Assembly (NCBI GenBank): GCA_977017575.1 | Contig: CDRNVI010000008.1 | Span: forward strand, 1 to 64,000 | Reading direction: 5' to 3' | Length of the DNA: 64,000 bases | From: Paramoeba atlantica | Taxonomy: Eukaryota > Protista > Discosea | Shown: in pieces, positions 10,705 through 20,457 of the stretch | Layout of the letters: every line of letters starts with the position of its first letter | Position numbering within the stretch: position 1 is the stretch's first letter | Notes under the pieces: model-generated | What the model saw: the letters and a program-made list of their open reading frames with translations, nothing else | Database searches by the model: none | What the model was told of the DNA's origin: nothing | Position numbers and translations under genes: made by a program

Positions 10705-11032
10705 CAGTCTCTCAAACAGGGGGACAGAGAAAGTAGTTTTATGTGATATGGGGGGGTGTCTTATCTTTCGCCGCTCCATCCCTCAACGTATTCACCGCAC
10801 TTGGGGTTGCTTCGTCTTGTTTTCCTAACGAAAAACAATGGATGTGTTCCAGAAAATGAGTCCAGGGGTCCCCACAAAAAACGTGCGGCAAAGCACTTCG
10901 CCAGGGGAACGAGCTCTATCCAATGCTGAAAAAGGAGAAAATTCCCGTAGTCTTTTTAGATATCAAAAAAAATGAGAAAAAACGGACAAAAAAAGTCAAA
11001 TTTCTGCGGGGGGAGATATCTTGAAACCACTG
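10705..11032 (-). mobile_element. Non-autonomous CAGTG-ended Tc1-type element (MITE), copy 1
   Basis: Ends in TTGAAACCACTG|TA (11021-11034). The reverse complement of about 10840-11032 is homologous to 35860-36045 (e.g. cagcattggatagaNctcgttcccctg, tttctggaacacat). The left end at 10705 is degenerate and uncertain. Confidence 0.75.
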
Positions 11033-11178
11033 TAAGTACGGGGGTGAATTTACTATCTTTTCCTAGAACTTACAAACAAGTAGGGAGATAGTACCTAAAA
11101 CATTTATAGCATCTAAAAAAACTTCCCTCTTCCCCCTTCTTCCCTCTTATCTACCTCTCCATCCCCCCCGCCTTCCCC

Positions 11179-12020
11179 ATGTTCCCCCTCCGCTACCGTC
11201 ACCCCGACCACCCCGGTCTCCACCCCCTCCCCCTCCCCCCCTCCACCCCCCTCGACCGCTCCCCCCTCCCCCCCTCCGGCACCACCCTCACCCTACGTCG
11301 TCTCTCCCGTGCCCCTCGAGGGACCCAACCCACGGGCCCCTCCCCCTGCGGTACCCCCTATCTCCCCCCCTGCGGCCCCACACGCCTTCCCGTGGTCCGA
11401 CACGTCCCCCCCGACCACTCCTGTCTCTTCCACGCGATGGCCTACGTGCTCCACCGTAGCCGCCGTCGTCGTGACCCGGCGGGGGGATGCGATCACAGGT
11501 CGCCGCTGTGATCGAAGCCAACCCCCGGGAGTTTCATCAAGGGGTGCTGGGGAGGGGGAATGGGGAATATGTGGCGTGGATACAGGGGAGGGGGGCGTGG
11601 GGAGGGGGGGTGGAGGTGGAGGTGCTGGGGGTGTTGTATGGGGTGGAGGTGGTGGTGGTGGTGGGGGGGGAGGACGGGGAGATAGGGGGGACAGAGGAGA
11701 TCAAGGGGACAGGGGAGATCAAGGGGATAGGGGAGGTCAAGGGGACAGGGGAGATCAAGGGGACGGTGGTCAAGTTTTGTCAAAACCGGGGGTACAATAC
11801 CCGGGTTTTTTTAAAATTGGAAAAAGGGCATTATGATGCGTTAGCAATGGCGGTGGGGGGGAGAGGGGAGGAAAGGGATGACCAGGTGGTGTTTAGTGTG
11901 ACGGACGAGGAGGTGATGAGGAAGATGAGGGGGTTGGTGGGATTGGGGCGTGAAGGAGAGGGCGGGAGGAAAAGAGGGAGGGTGGAGTGGGGGAGAGGAG
12001 TGAGGGTGGGGAGTGGGTGA
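11179..12020 (+). CDS. OTU1: OTU1/YOD1-type deubiquitinase, reading frame broken at a G6 run (11481-11486)
   Basis: VPPDHSCLFHAMAYV (catalytic D/C) lies in ORF 11179-11511. LGRGNGEYVAWI..WGGGVEV and GHYDAL (catalytic His) lie in ORF 11487-12020. One extra G fuses them. Confidence 0.85.
11676..11765. repeat. 18-bp tandem repeat x5 (GGGGAGATCAAGGGGACA) inside the OTU domain
   Basis: Read directly; encodes GEIGGT-EEIKGT-GEIKGI-GEVKGT-GEIKGT. Confidence 0.95.
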
Positions 12021-12208
12021 AGCGATTAGTTGCGTTCAACACCCCCCACCTGTATGTGAGTAAGATAGTTCTGTACATGAAGAAACCGTGATGGAGGGTA
12101 ATTGGTATGCAATTTTTTGTGTTATCATTGTAACCCACATCCTTTTCTGTTTCTTTTCTTCCGACACCCCATAAAAGTACATGTTTGATCTACGCAACAC
12201 CGTCTAAA

Positions 12209-13570
12209 ATGGAAAAACTTCACTCTGAGTATGAAACCGGAACATTCTGCGTCGAGCTCGCCATTCTAAGCCTACATTGTGCTTCTCTGCAGCGCAACAA
12301 GGTATACCGCGTGTGCTGGGTGCGTGGCTCCAACGGGGGAAAGACCCCATACATCGAGTGCATGGACCGTGGCGTGCTACAGCTCTCCCCTACCCCCTTG
12401 TTCCGCTTCACTACACATCTCAAAAACGCCCCCAAACAGCTCAAATTTAAAATCGAGGAATATCTCTCCCCCAAAGATACAGAAAAGCCCGCCAGAGTCT
12501 ATGTGGTGCAGTATAACTTGCAGAATGCTCACCCTCGGGCACAGCGCCCAACCCACCCCAACGTCGCGGAGCTACGGTTCTACATGGGAGCCTCCGATGC
12601 CGTGCTGCGGTTTTACTGTCTGTTGTACCGAGAGAAGCACGGCCGTCCTCCACAGCGGCTGTTTACGGACTCTGGAAACGGCGTAGAGACTCAGCGCAAT
12701 CAGGGGAGTCGTTCTCCAATTTCTCCGGAACAAGAATTGCCGCAAACAAATTACAACGGGGGTCGTTCAGAGGGTTCGCCAAACAACCATGTGGAAAATT
12801 TGTCGCGTCGATTGGATCATCTGCAGCACGCGTTTGCGGAACTGCATCAGGAGGTTCGTGGGTTGAAATCGGAGCTGGAAGTTCTTCGCGGCGGGAGAGT
12901 GCAGGGTCCAGTAGTCTTAGAAAAAATGAGTGACCTAGCCACTTCGCAAGCTCCGTTTGGTGTGACATCCAAGAAAATAGAGATAATGTCAGGTAATGCG
13001 ACAACTTCACAAGGTAATGCAGAACCCGTTGTCGAAGGCCGGTGGCGTTCCCTATCCTTTGGGGAGCCCAGCAAGAGCATGTCAAGCATACCGAGTAATC
13101 TGAGCTTTAGCTCGACTCACACCGCACCGCCGAAAACGTCGTTCGACCTTGTTGACGCGGACGAGTTCAAGTTTGGTAGCTCAGATGAGTCCTCTGAAAA
13201 TGGAGACAAACCAAATAGCAGAGCAGGATCCGTTGAGCGGATGGTTGGGTCGGATAACACGTTCACAGTACAGCCTGCTAAGGAGATCAAAACTAGTGAA
13301 ATTTTAGCTACATCGAAATCATACGATACAGAGAGCTCCAAACTGCAACAGAGGGAAGCCAGCGACAGCAACATCAATCTTCATGAAGATATGTTTTCAT
13401 CGTTGGCCTCACTTGCAGTGAATGTTCAAAGTTTTTCAAGGACGTCGAAGCCGAATTCGGAGGGTGATCAAGCACCAACAGTTGGAAAGAGCACCTCCGG
13501 ACTTTCGAAGCAGAACGGCACGGAACAGAAAAGCTCGCAGGATTGGGCTCGTTTTCTTGAATCTGTGTAA
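12209..13570 (+). CDS. Hypothetical protein with probable N-terminal NT-C2 (EEIG1/EHBP1-like) domain and coiled coil
   Basis: FCVELAILSLH...YRVCWVRGSNGGKT resembles NT-C2; heptad segment LSRRLDHLQHAFAELHQEVRGLKSELEVL. Confidence 0.6.
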   Translation: MEKLHSEYETGTFCVELAILSLHCASLQRNKVYRVCWVRGSNGGKTPYIECMDRGVLQLSPTPLFRFTTHLKNAPKQLKFKIEEYLSPKDTEKPARVYVVQYNLQNAHPRAQRPTHPNVAELRFYMGASDAVLRFYCLLYREKHGRPPQRLFTDSGNGVETQRNQGSRSPISPEQELPQTNYNGGRSEGSPNNHVENLSRRLDHLQHAFAELHQEVRGLKSELEVLRGGRVQGPVVLEKMSDLATSQAPFGVTSKKIEIMSGNATTSQGNAEPVVEGRWRSLSFGEPSKSMSSIPSNLSFSSTHTAPPKTSFDLVDADEFKFGSSDESSENGDKPNSRAGSVERMVGSDNTFTVQPAKEIKTSEILATSKSYDTESSKLQQREASDSNINLHEDMFSSLASLAVNVQSFSRTSKPNSEGDQAPTVGKSTSGLSKQNGTEQKSSQDWARFLESV

Positions 13571-13811
13571 ATCACCAGCCAATACTGCCTGTGAGAATCT
13601 TGAGAAATTGCTCATCTACAGAGTTGAGTCTATACATTGTCATAGTTCCTCTTATGCAACACAAATCCAAAGACCATAGCACGTAATTCATGTCCTTTTT
13701 TGTTATGATCATGCTTTTTTATGGCTAGGTATGATTTTGCGATTCATCTCCATTATCGATCCTCACATTTTTTCTTATCTTGACCCCTACCTCCTTATTC
13801 CTCACCTCCCC

Positions 13812-16800
13812 ATGCGTCGACTCTACCCCAAACTCCCCTCCCCCCTCTCCACTACCCCTTTCCTCCTACGACACTTCACCGATGCCACGCAATCCCGCAA
13901 ACCTCACCCCCACGAATCCTTCGTCAACGGACTCCAAACCGAGTTCCTTGACAACCTTCTCACCACGTGGCAAACCACCCCAGCGGCCGTCGACCCCTCC
14001 TGGCACCCCATCCTGGAAAAACTCACCCATGCCCGTCCAGAGGATCCCTTAGTGAAATCCTTTGACCGCTCCCAGGCTCTTGCTCAAGGCTCTGCGCTCG
14101 AGGACACGCTCTCTTCCACTTCTGAAACATCTTGTGCTGCTGCTGCGGCTGCGGCTTTAGCCTCTCGCAAGGACATCATGGATCACTTCAAGGTGACCTG
14201 GATGATACGTGCCTATGAGGTCCGTGGACACCGCATCGCGGATGTGGACCCGCTGGCCCCCGTGGGAGATCGGGACACGACCCGGGCCCATGAGCTCCAG
14301 CTGCAACACTTTGGGTTTCAGGAGAGTGATTTGAGCCGTGAGTTCCATATGGGGGTAATCCCCGCTCTTGGGGGGATACACGCCGCGAATCAAAAAATGA
14401 CCTTGCGTGCGATTGTGGAGAAGCTCCACAAAACGTACTGTCAGAAGGTAGGCTATGAGTTTACCCATATTGTGGATGCGCGTCGGGCACGGTGGATGCG
14501 GGAGCGTATTGCGGCACCGCAGCCCCCGACGGTGGCGGAGAGAAAGGCGTGTTTGCATGATCTTGTGCGTACGTTCTCGTTTGAGCGCACGTTGCTTTCG
14601 GAGTTTGCGGACGCGACACGGTATGGGATTTCCGGTGTAGAGGTACTGATTCCGGTAATGAAACTGCTGGTGCGCCACGCCGCCGCGAGTGGGGTGCGGG
14701 AGATTGTGATTGGCGGCACCCACCGGGGGCGGTTCAACATGCTCGCCCACGTACTGAGCACCGACATGGGGTTCGTACTGCAGCAGCTGTACGATCACAA
14801 AAACGGCACCCCCCACCGCACCGAGTCCCGCGACATCCTCGCCAACCAAGGCTACGGCCTCGAACGTGCCACCCTTAACGGCGACCGCATCCGTCTCACC
14901 CTCCTCCCCAACGCCACCCACTCCGAGAGCGTAAGCCCCCTCGTCGCGGGCTACGTCCGTGCCCGACAACACTACGACCAAGCCGACCCCCACCGCACCC
15001 GAACCCTCGCCGTCCTCCTCCACGGCGACGGCGGTTTCGCCTCCCAGGGGGTCGCCTACGAGACCACCGGCCTCTCCGACCTCCAGTTCCACAACATCGG
15101 CGGCACCCTCCACCTGGTCCTCAACAACCGTCTCGCCCACACCGCCTCCCCCTCCCAGTACCGCGGCCCCACCGCTGCTGCCGCCTGCACCAACCTCGCC
15201 CTCCCCGTCCAGGCCCCCGTGTTCCACGTCAACGCGGACGACCCCGACGGGGCCCTGCGGGTCGTGCGGCTCGCGCTGGACTACCGCGGGGCGTTCCACC
15301 AGGACGCGATCGTGGACCTGGTGTGCTACCGGGCCCACGGCCACAGCGAGACGGACGACCCGACGGTGGCCCACCCGCAGCTGTACCGCACCGTCGCGCG
15401 GCACCCCGACGTGCTGTCGCAGTACGCGGGGCGGCTGGTGGGGGAGGGGGTGGTGGGGGCGGGGGAGGTCGGGGGGGTGGAGGCGGGGGTGAACCGGGAG
15501 CTGCGGGGGGCGCTGGCGAATGTGAAGAGGGGGAGCGTGAGTGGGTGGGAGAGGGGGGCGAGGGCAGGGGGTACGGGGGCGGGGACGACGGCGACAACGG
15601 TGGTGGGGGGGAGTTGTGTGGCGTTGCCGGGGGTGACGGGGGTGGGGAGGGAGGGGTTGCGGGATTTGGGGAAAAGGTTGGCAAAGCTGCCGGAGGGGTT
15701 TGATCCGCACCCGACGTTGCGGCGGATTTTGGAGGAGAGGGCCAAGCATTATGATTCTGGGGAGGGGTTGGATTGGGGAGCGGCGGAGGCGTTGGCGTTT
15801 GCGTCGTTGCTGCAGCAAGGGGTTCATGTACGGGTCAGTGGGCAGGATGTCGAGCGTGGGACGTTTTCTCACCGGCACGCGCTGTTGGTGGATGTGAACA
15901 CTGCGAAGGTGACCATTCCGCTGGCGAATTTCCTGCCTGGGGTCCAGGCCCCGTTTCGGATTGTCAACTCCTCGTTGTCGGAGTATGCCGTCTGTGGATA
16001 TGAGTTAGGGTATAGCACGGCGAATCCGAATGCGGTCGTGATCTGGGAAGCGCAATTTGGGGATTTTGCAAACGGTGCCCAGGTGATTTTCGACCAGTAT
16101 CTGAGCTCCATGGAGTGGAAATGGGGTACCGCCGTGACTGGGTTGGTGGTGAATCTCCCCCATGGGTACGACGGCATGGGCCCGGAGCACTCCAGCGGGC
16201 GGATTGAGCGGTTTCTACAAGGTAGTGATGATGACGAGGAGCTCCCGATGGCGTTGCTGCGCAAGAACCGCGTCTTGCTGCGTCAAGTCGCTGAGAATCG
16301 TGACCTGAACTTGCTCTACCCCGTGTTGGAGGACATGATTCGCACGTACAACTGGCAGGTGTGCTTCCCCTCGACGCCTGCGAATTACTTCCACGTGCTA
16401 CGAAGACAGGTGCACCGTGCTTTCCGTAAGCCGTTGATTAATTTTTACAGCAAAGCGTTTCTCCGAGCCCCAAACATTTCCAGCTACGCCGAGATGGGGA
16501 CCGGTACGCTCTTCCAGCCGATCATCGATGACCCAAGCGTGACGCACTACGACAAAGTTAAGAAGGTGATCTTGTGCACGGGGCAAATCTATTTCCATCT
16601 AAGAAAGCACCGCGACAGCAGCAAAAAAGCCTGTAAATTGGCTTTGGTACGATTGGAACAACTCTCCCCCTTTCCGTGGCTACACGTAGATGCCGTGCTC
16701 TCTCGCTACCCGAACAAAGTGGCTATCTCGTGGGCCCAGGAGGAGCCCATGAACATGGGAGCGTGGAACTACGTAGAGCCCCGGCTACATAATCTCCTCT

Positions 16801-16931
16801 CTTTCCATCACAGGAAAACTACTGTTCGCTACGTGGGACGACCGCCCGCGGCAGCCAGCGCAGTGGGAGCGAAATCCATGCACGATGCCGAGATCGCGCG
16901 GTACTTGGAAGAGGCTATGAGCGGTATTTAG
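13812..16931 (+). CDS. OGDH: 2-oxoglutarate dehydrogenase E1, paralog 1 (canonical beta/Pyr half, diverged alpha/PP half)
   Basis: Arg-rich mitochondrial-type N-terminus, FVNGLQTEFLDNL, HGDGGFASQG, GQDVERGTFSHRH, SSLSEY, WEAQFGDFANGAQ, LPHGYDGMGPEHSSGRIERFLQ, WAQEEPMNMGAW. The ORF is open from 13731; ATG 13812 was chosen as the likely start. Confidence 0.95.
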   Translation: MRRLYPKLPSPLSTTPFLLRHFTDATQSRKPHPHESFVNGLQTEFLDNLLTTWQTTPAAVDPSWHPILEKLTHARPEDPLVKSFDRSQALAQGSALEDTLSSTSETSCAAAAAAALASRKDIMDHFKVTWMIRAYEVRGHRIADVDPLAPVGDRDTTRAHELQLQHFGFQESDLSREFHMGVIPALGGIHAANQKMTLRAIVEKLHKTYCQKVGYEFTHIVDARRARWMRERIAAPQPPTVAERKACLHDLVRTFSFERTLLSEFADATRYGISGVEVLIPVMKLLVRHAAASGVREIVIGGTHRGRFNMLAHVLSTDMGFVLQQLYDHKNGTPHRTESRDILANQGYGLERATLNGDRIRLTLLPNATHSESVSPLVAGYVRARQHYDQADPHRTRTLAVLLHGDGGFASQGVAYETTGLSDLQFHNIGGTLHLVLNNRLAHTASPSQYRGPTAAAACTNLALPVQAPVFHVNADDPDGALRVVRLALDYRGAFHQDAIVDLVCYRAHGHSETDDPTVAHPQLYRTVARHPDVLSQYAGRLVGEGVVGAGEVGGVEAGVNRELRGALANVKRGSVSGWERGARAGGTGAGTTATTVVGGSCVALPGVTGVGREGLRDLGKRLAKLPEGFDPHPTLRRILEERAKHYDSGEGLDWGAAEALAFASLLQQGVHVRVSGQDVERGTFSHRHALLVDVNTAKVTIPLANFLPGVQAPFRIVNSSLSEYAVCGYELGYSTANPNAVVIWEAQFGDFANGAQVIFDQYLSSMEWKWGTAVTGLVVNLPHGYDGMGPEHSSGRIERFLQGSDDDEELPMALLRKNRVLLRQVAENRDLNLLYPVLEDMIRTYNWQVCFPSTPANYFHVLRRQVHRAFRKPLINFYSKAFLRAPNISSYAEMGTGTLFQPIIDDPSVTHYDKVKKVILCTGQIYFHLRKHRDSSKKACKLALVRLEQLSPFPWLHVDAVLSRYPNKVAISWAQEEPMNMGAWNYVEPRLHNLLSFHHRKTTVRYVGRPPAAASAVGAKSMHDAEIARYLEEAMSGI

Positions 16932-17112
16932 TGTTCGCTGTGTCTTCAGCAGGGAAGTGCTAATTTTAGATTGAGAATTCTGAACCATTTTTTCATGTAA
17001 TTCAATGCATTTTTTTCGTTTCTTACGTTCCCTTAATAATTAAATTTTGTGCTGATAATCTGTTTCTTCCAACTGTCCTATTGAAGCGCTTTGTGATACA
17101 ATGTATACACCA

Positions 17113-17161
17113 ATGACACGTTACATCACTAGGCACTATGACACGTTACATCACTAGGCAC
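17113..17161. repeat. 25-bp tandem duplication in the OGDH intergenic region
   Basis: ATGACACGTTACATCACTAGGCAC(T) x2. Confidence 0.9.
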
Positions 17162-17287
17162 AAATAAAATGCGCTTTTCATCAGCCCTTCTGACGACTCT
17201 CCATTATTTTTACCACAAAACAGTATTTTTCTTCTTTCTCTTCCACACCTCCTCTTCCATTCTTCCTCCCCCCTCTCCCTTCCTTTC

Positions 17288-20266
17288 ATGATGCGACGCG
17301 TCACTCCCCGTCTCCACACCGCCACTCCCCGACGCTACCCCCTCCACCCGTGCGACAACTTCCTTACCCCAGAAAACGCCTCCTATCTCGACACCCTCCC
17401 CCCAGACACCGCCCCTCCCCCACCCCACCCTACCCCCAGCCTCGATCCCCCCACCTGGGCCTCTCTCCTTCACAAAGCCGATGACCTCCCACGAGAGCAG
17501 CCGTTGCTACGCTCCACCTTTCGACCGCTCTCTTCTTCTTCTTCTTCTCATCCCCACAAATCTTCTTCCCCTTCTTCCCTTCACAACGTTTCTGTGAATT
17601 ACTCTATGAGCGAGGCGGCACGGCTAGCCTGGATGTGTCGCGCCTGGCAAGTCCACGGTCACCTCACCGCCACCCTTGACCCGTTGAATTTACACCAAGG
17701 CATGCTGCGGATGCCCGACTCCTTTGGGGTGCGCGTGGAGGAACTCGAGCCCGCGTACTTTGGGTTCACCGAGGCCGACCTCGAGCGCTCGTTTTATCTC
17801 GGCATGTCCTCCACGAAAGGGGGACTGCTCGGGGAGGACACCACCATGACCCTACGGGAGCTCCATGCGAAGTTAAAAAGTATTTATGGACAGAAAATTG
17901 GGTACCAGTTTATGCATCTCGCGGAGCCGGAGTGTGCAAAATGGTTCCGGGATCGGATCGAGACCCCGGAGCACTATCCGGAGTATTTGGGGTTCTCCAC
18001 GGAGGAGAAGCTGGATGTGCTGCATCACCTGGCGCGCGGGGAACTCTTCGAGCAGTTTCTCCACACGAAATTTGTCGGGAGTAAACGGTTTGGGCTGGAT
18101 GGTGGGGAGTCGCTGATTCCGGGGATGATGGAAATGATCCAACGCGCGGCCTCTCATGGGGTGGAGCACATTGTGTTGGGGATGCCCCACCGTGGGAGGC
18201 TATCGGTACTCACCAATGTGTGTGGGAAACCTATGGAGGCGCTTTTTAAGGAATTTAAGGGACTCACGCTGGATGATATGCAGGGTGAGGGTTCCGGAGA
18301 TGTGAAGTATCACTTGGGGATGACTAACCGACGGGTGTTGAAGAATGGCAGCGCCATCCAGCTCAGTCTGCTTGCGAATCCAAGTCACCTTGAGGCGGTG
18401 AACCCGTTAGTGGAGGGTAAGGCACGGGCGAAGCAACACTGTCTTGGGGACACCTCCCGGGACCGGGTGATGGCCGTCCAGCTGCACGGCGATGCGGCGT
18501 TTGCGGGCCAGGGCGTGTGCTACGAGACCATGGGTCTCGGCGAGTTGGAGTCATTTAGCACTGGGGGAACCATTCATATTGTGGTGAACAACCAGATCGG
18601 GTTCACCACGGACCCGAAAAAGTCACGCTCCTCCCCGTATTGCACCGATCTCGGGCGTGTGTTTGGGTGTCCGGTGCTGCACGTGAACGGGGATAGCCCA
18701 GAGGACGTTGCCCGGGTGTTTCGCCTGGCCGCAGATTTCCGTAAAGAGTTCAAAAAATCCATCATCGTCGACCTCGTGTGCTACCGCCGTTTCGGCCACA
18801 ACGAGACCGACGAACCCATGTTCACCCAACCCCTCATGTACCGCGCCATCAAAAACCACCCCACCATTCTCACCCAATACACCCAAAAACTCATCTCCGA
18901 GAACTGCATCACCCCGGAAGAAACCCAAACCCTCCACCACACCATCACCCAAGCCCTCCGCGCCTCCCTCACCCACCTCGACGCCTACACCCTTACCAAA
19001 TCCGAGTGGTACGACTCCTACTGGAAAAACTTCCGCAAGGCCTCCCATGTCTTTGCCAAGCTCTACCCCACCCAAGTCTCCGGGGAGGTCCTCCGCGAGC
19101 TCTCCACTCTGGTCATCCAAGTCCCCCCGCGTATTGCGCTTCACCCCAAGTTAGCCTCCCTGTTCAAGGCCCGGCAGCACACGCTGGACACCGGCAAGGG
19201 GATCGGCTGGGCCACGGCAGAGGCCCTGGCCTTTGGGAGTCTCCTGCAGGAGGGGATCCACCTGCGGCTCAGTGGGCAGGACGTCGCGAAGGGGAGCTAC
19301 CACCAGCGGCACGCGGTGGTGCGGGACGCGCTGACGGGGGTGGAGTACAGCCCGCTGAAGAACATGTCGAGTGGACGGTTCGTGCTGTGCGACAGCCCCG
19401 GGGGGAACTACGGGGTGCTGGGGTACGAGCTGGGGTACTCCATGGAGAGCCCACAGGCGCTGGTGATCTGGGAGGCCCCGGAGGGGGAGTTGGTGAACAG
19501 TGCACAGATTGTGGTGGATCAGTTTATTGCGTCCGGGGAGGCGAAGTGGGGTCGGCAGTGTGGGTTGGTGGTGGCGTTGCCGGTGGGGTGTGAGGGGGAG
19601 GGACCGGATTTGTCGGGGGCTCGGGTGGAGAGGTTTTTGCAGGCGGTGGATGAGGAGGTGGCGGAGGATGCGGAGGGGTATGGGCCGAATTCTCATGCGA
19701 GGGTGAATATGGAGGTGGTGAGCCCGACGACGCCGGCGAATTACTTTCATTTGTTACGGCGCCAAATTCATCGGAATTTTCGTAAACCGTTGGTGTTGTT
19801 CCTGCCGAAGACCACCGTAGGTAGTGCAAAGGAGGAGTTGGTGGATTCTGAGTTCGCCCCAGTGATCGCTGACGAGGCACGCTGTTCGCCGGATGCCGTG
19901 ACAAAGGTGGTGTTGTGCTGTGGTCCGTTTTATTACCGTCTGTGTGAGGCCTTGTCAGACCTCTCGAAAAAGGACGTCGTACTGGTTCGTGTCGAACAGC
20001 TTGCACCGTTTCCCGACCGCCTTGTGAAGAAACAGCTTGAGCGATTTCCTAAGGCAAAGGTGGTGTGGGCTCAGGAGGAGCCGCGGAATATGGGCGCCTG
20101 GAGTTATGTCCGTCCGCGAATTAACGCCGCACTACGCTGTGGGAAAAGGAAACATTCCGAGTTACAGTATCGAGGACCCCGGGCGTGCTCCGTGGTGTGT
20201 ACCGGAGACAAGCACATATTCGCACAGCAGCAAAAACAGCTTGTTAAATCAGTGTTCGACGAGTAG
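17288..20266 (+). CDS. OGDH: 2-oxoglutarate dehydrogenase E1, paralog 2 (canonical alpha/PP half, degenerate beta/Pyr half)
   Basis: KRFGLDGGESLIP, GMPHRGRL, GDVKYHLG, NPSHLEAV, HGDAAFAGQG, NNQIGFTT, RRFGHNE are all canonical. C-terminal motifs are altered (GQDVAKGSYHQRH, SPGGNY, WEAPEGELVNSAQ, LPVGCEGEGPDLSGARVERFLQ). Confidence 0.95.
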   Translation: MMRRVTPRLHTATPRRYPLHPCDNFLTPENASYLDTLPPDTAPPPPHPTPSLDPPTWASLLHKADDLPREQPLLRSTFRPLSSSSSSHPHKSSSPSSLHNVSVNYSMSEAARLAWMCRAWQVHGHLTATLDPLNLHQGMLRMPDSFGVRVEELEPAYFGFTEADLERSFYLGMSSTKGGLLGEDTTMTLRELHAKLKSIYGQKIGYQFMHLAEPECAKWFRDRIETPEHYPEYLGFSTEEKLDVLHHLARGELFEQFLHTKFVGSKRFGLDGGESLIPGMMEMIQRAASHGVEHIVLGMPHRGRLSVLTNVCGKPMEALFKEFKGLTLDDMQGEGSGDVKYHLGMTNRRVLKNGSAIQLSLLANPSHLEAVNPLVEGKARAKQHCLGDTSRDRVMAVQLHGDAAFAGQGVCYETMGLGELESFSTGGTIHIVVNNQIGFTTDPKKSRSSPYCTDLGRVFGCPVLHVNGDSPEDVARVFRLAADFRKEFKKSIIVDLVCYRRFGHNETDEPMFTQPLMYRAIKNHPTILTQYTQKLISENCITPEETQTLHHTITQALRASLTHLDAYTLTKSEWYDSYWKNFRKASHVFAKLYPTQVSGEVLRELSTLVIQVPPRIALHPKLASLFKARQHTLDTGKGIGWATAEALAFGSLLQEGIHLRLSGQDVAKGSYHQRHAVVRDALTGVEYSPLKNMSSGRFVLCDSPGGNYGVLGYELGYSMESPQALVIWEAPEGELVNSAQIVVDQFIASGEAKWGRQCGLVVALPVGCEGEGPDLSGARVERFLQAVDEEVAEDAEGYGPNSHARVNMEVVSPTTPANYFHLLRRQIHRNFRKPLVLFLPKTTVGSAKEELVDSEFAPVIADEARCSPDAVTKVVLCCGPFYYRLCEALSDLSKKDVVLVRVEQLAPFPDRLVKKQLERFPKAKVVWAQEEPRNMGAWSYVRPRINAALRCGKRKHSELQYRGPRACSVVCTGDKHIFAQQQKQLVKSVFDE

Positions 20267-20457
20267 GTTCATTTTTTCTTGAGATTTTACAGGTATGAGA
20301 TGATAAATAATGCGCAAGAGGTTTCTTAAGAAGTGTATGTGGAGCTAAGACTCCAATTATGGGTTTTGACTTGTAAGAGCATATGTAATGAAGTATGTTG
20401 CCCCTCTTGTTTCTAATGCTTTTCTTTCTTCCGTTACATTGATTACATTTCGGTATC

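Noticed and set aside
11309-11836. Collagen-like G-D-R/G-D-Q repeat ORF
   Set aside because: Alternative reading of the 18-bp repeat; the OTU motifs on both sides fix the true frame.
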